Shown here one piece after another: positions 25,954 through 25,983 of a stretch of DNA of 25,983 nucleotides (within the stretch, counting starts at the first letter, position 1; each line of letters begins with the position of its first letter). Under the pieces are notes generated by a model. It was not told where the DNA came from. It saw nothing but the letters and a program-made list of their open reading frames with translations, and searched no databases. The stretch spans positions 1-25,983 of IMG/VR virus record IMGVR_UViG_3300021108_000010. The stretch is one strand, 5' to 3'. The position numbers were made by a program, and so were the translations under genes. Source of the DNA: a virus. Lineage: Duplodnaviria > Caudoviricetes.

Positions 25954-25956
25954 ATA
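25949..25956 (+). promoter_or_regulatory. T4-type late promoter overlapping the gp46 stop, pointing out of the window
   Basis: Exact TATAAATA. Confidence 0.65.
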
Positions 25957-25983
25957 GTAATGTAAGTTCAATAATGGTTCATT

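Noticed and set aside
1-25983. tRNA, rRNA or CRISPR arrays
   Set aside because: Intergenic gaps are short (the largest about 120 nt) and accounted for by promoters/terminators; no cloverleaf or repeat-spacer pattern seen

Overview
A 26-kb segment of a T4-like (Tevenvirinae-related, 'exo-T-even'-type gene order) myovirus genome, with all credible genes on the + strand. It runs from the 3' part of an S74-chaperone tail fibre and three fibre-associated genes through gp13-14-15-16-17-18-19-20-67, an expanded head-gene region, gp21-22-23, gp3, uvsY, uvsW, gp55 late sigma factor and gp47/gp46. T4 late promoters (TATAAATA) precede most structural genes, and a second motif (TGTACA-N16/17-TATAAT) marks likely host-sigma70 promoters, one of them antisense. 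The most unusual stretch is 12022-16190, between the portal/gp67 and the prohead protease genes. It holds (i) a repeat-built, apparently gp21-cleavable internal-head polyprotein, (ii) a tandemly duplicated small head-module gene, and (iii) a GC-rich, apparently imported lectin-like spike gene plus its partner gene, lying in frame behind the second duplicate with only one TAA between them. Product calls come from recalled family motifs and synteny; no database searches were run.
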